A stretch of DNA of 63,960 nt, counting the filler, from Lenisia limosa (taxonomy: Eukaryota > Protista > Breviatea), in the NCBI GenBank assembly GCA_001655205.1. It is 15 parts of 15 records of this genome, joined end to end, with 100 filler letters (N's around TTAATTAATTAA, not from the genome) between each part and the next. Parts side by side here need not be neighbours in the genome. Positions count along the whole stretch, not along the records: positions 59,005 to 62,850 come from LPNZ01000136.1; positions 62,951 to 63,960 come from LPNZ01005388.1; 13 more parts are not named here. One strand, given 5' to 3'. Shown one piece after another: positions 62,065 through 63,960 of this stretch (position 1 is its first letter; every line of letters begins with the position of its first letter). Made by a program: the position numbers and the translations under genes. The notes below the pieces were generated by a model. That model searched no databases, was not told the DNA's origin, and saw only the letters and a list, made by a program, of their open reading frames with translations.

Positions 62065-62830
62065 CTAAAGGAAGAGAGTCTTGAAATACTGGATAAAACT
62101 AAGCTCGTCGGTTTTGTGTGAGGCAGCAATCGCATTTCCCTTGTCTCCGGACTAGAAATGAGAAGTTGAAAAAAAAAAAAAAGGCAATCGAAGTAGCAAT
62201 GATACTCTAATACACTCGGGATGAACCCTTGTGTATCTTCGTTCAACTTGTTAGATAAAGCTGAATCACAACTTTCTATGTTGAAATTAAGCTATGTCGC
62301 CTTCAAGATGATAACAGGCAAAATCTCTCAATAATTCCTCGAACAATATTGAGATATGTATTAAGACATTTTTTTGAACTGGAGTGAAACCCCCAGGGTT
62401 CCATACTGATGTTTATGGAAGCCCTCAATATTATTATCCCATTTTTTTTTATATATAGTTCTGTCAGCATCCGCATCGAAAAATATTGATAAATACGCTG
62501 AAAAACATCGATAAATATCAATCTTGATACAAATTGAAACAAAAGGGAAAAATCCATTCCTACCACCACCGCCGCGTCCTGGGGGAAAAGTTGGGCTTGG
62601 AGCGAAATAGCATCTTTGTGACCCGGCATGAGGCGGCTCTCTAACCATCGGGCTGGGCTGCTGCCTTCCTAATAGGGAACAAAATTAGACTGCTATTTTC
62701 CTAATATGGAATAAAAATAGACTGCTACCTTCCTAATAGGGATGTATGATAGCCCCATCATAAGCCTACCCGCACAATGTGCATCTGGGGTACTGGGTAT
62801 CTTCCTCGGGTTAAACCGTCACATAATTTC
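62065..62830 (-). CDS. SEC23: SEC23-like protein C-terminus (divergent, plant SEC23A-type gelsolin end)
   Basis: ..GLTRGRYPVPQMHIVR|EGSSPARWLESRLMPGHKDAISLQAQLFPQ..|..DELSFIQYFKTLFL*. This matches the RFPxP..EGSSQAR..RLIPAHKD..RFPQ..DEASF pattern. Confidence 0.75.
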
Positions 62831-63016
62831 CGAGCTTCTTTCACCAGAGGNNNNNNNNNNNNNNNNNNNNNNNNNNNNNNNNNNNNNNNNNNNNTTAATT
62901 AATTAANNNNNNNNNNNNNNNNNNNNNNNNNNNNNNNNNNNNNNNNNNNNTGATTAGTACCTTTCCGCCAATATTCTTCATCAATATTTCCTTCATTTTA
63001 CTCCCCCCTCCCCCAG

Positions 63017-63497
63017 GCTCCATTGATGGTGACTCATCTGGCGACTATGTTATTCACGCCGAGGACGGTGATGACCTTATTGTCACTGGTAGCTTCGACC
63101 ACTAGTGGGGGGAAATTGATTGGGTGAATTAGTGTGAGATATTATCCATTCATTATCTCTTATGCCAACTTTGAGCACAAGTCAATATGTAAGACTATAA
63201 TTCAATATCTGCTATGGAAACTTCCAGCACTAGTGGGATATTGAAAAACTGTTTTTTTTTTTGCTTGATTGTTTCTAAATGATACGTTTTTCTTGGAGAT
63301 GAAATAAAATATTGAAACAAGCTAGCCTCTTTTTACTGTACCCCCCTCCACTAAGTAAAATGTTTGGGTGAATTAGTATTAGACTATACTTCAATATTCC
63401 TTATAAGCGTGATGGCGTGGACGCAGATACCACCTGCTGTTTTCTTTAACGTTTCAGCGACAAGGAGGGTGACACTGGTCGTCTTATGATTATCACT
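63017..63497 (+). CDS. Unknown gene, internal exons
   Basis: GSIDGDSSGDYVIHAEDGDDLIVTGSFDHY|DKEGDTGRLMIIT, in phase across a GT-AG intron. Confidence 0.35.
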
Positions 63498-63960
63498 GTA
63501 TGGCGGTGTTTGCCAATTGAAAAAAGAACATCTGTTTCATACATAATATATACATTTCCAATTTTATGCACCTTTACGCCACTATTCTTCGTCGATCCGT
63601 TTTACTCCCACCAGTATAATCATCAGTACTGATTATATGTGTGAATCTTCTATTTTACTCCTTTATAGAAGGAGGGTCAGTTCGTTCGCAGCATTGGCAA
63701 CTACGCTAGCCACTATTCTATTCCCACGAAGGTAACAGGGATATTGAAAGGCGGTGTAATCGCAATGTTTTATTTTGTATTTATTGTGAAGTTCATTTGT
63801 TTTCATCCCCTTAACTGGTTGTGTTTTGTTTGTGTTGTAGTTATCAACCCGTGTATTGTAAGCCAACAGAGCTGATACCCCCCTCCCCCCCAAAAGATTG
63901 ATATTTTGTTTATGGTACCCGGATGTAGTATTTGTTTCCCTAGATTTCTAATCCCCCCCC

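Noticed and set aside
8859-62906. Recurrent perfect TTAATTAATTAA palindrome
   Set aside because: It is always embedded in N runs and gives stops in all six frames, so it is an artificial contig linker. For the same reason, gene neighbourhoods across linkers were not interpreted.
19-63893. Most ORFs in the supplied six-frame track
   Set aside because: They are intronic repeat read-throughs, antisense shadows of exons or N-spanning artefacts. The real genes require splicing.
1-63960. tRNA, rRNA or snRNA genes
   Set aside because: None were recognised by eye. A tRNAscan-SE/Infernal search was not possible.

Overview
Eukaryotic, very intron-rich genomic DNA (GT-AG introns, standard code; TAA ends SPT and RPL32) from a flagellated organism (IFT81 present). 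I could not identify the taxon. The window is about 15 contigs joined by artificial N-TTAATTAATTAA-N linkers, so most genes are partial and adjacency across linkers is unproven. Genes reconstructed by hand-splicing: serine palmitoyltransferase LCB2, a degenerate class III cyclase-like protein, Osm1-like fumarate reductase, an HGD-type kinase, an EcsC-family protein, a KCC/SLC12 cotransporter, an MFS transporter, IFT81, NSUN6, GID4, a bacterial-type fucose-isomerase-like protein, RPL32 and a SEC23-like protein. A DIRS/Ngaro-type tyrosine-recombinase retroelement relic (gag zinc fingers, RT fragment, YR) with apparent introns in gag lies at about 53.4-56.4 kb. The most unusual signal is in the introns. 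Unrelated genes share modular repeats (E1, E5) that end exactly at and supply the 3' splice site. One inverted copy supplies a 5' splice site. A composite copy carries a zero-exon AG|GT junction. Splice junctions are repeatedly tandem-duplicated. At least five MITE families, including Kolobok-like TTAA elements, fill the introns. Exon coordinates were derived by eye and may be off by a few bases.
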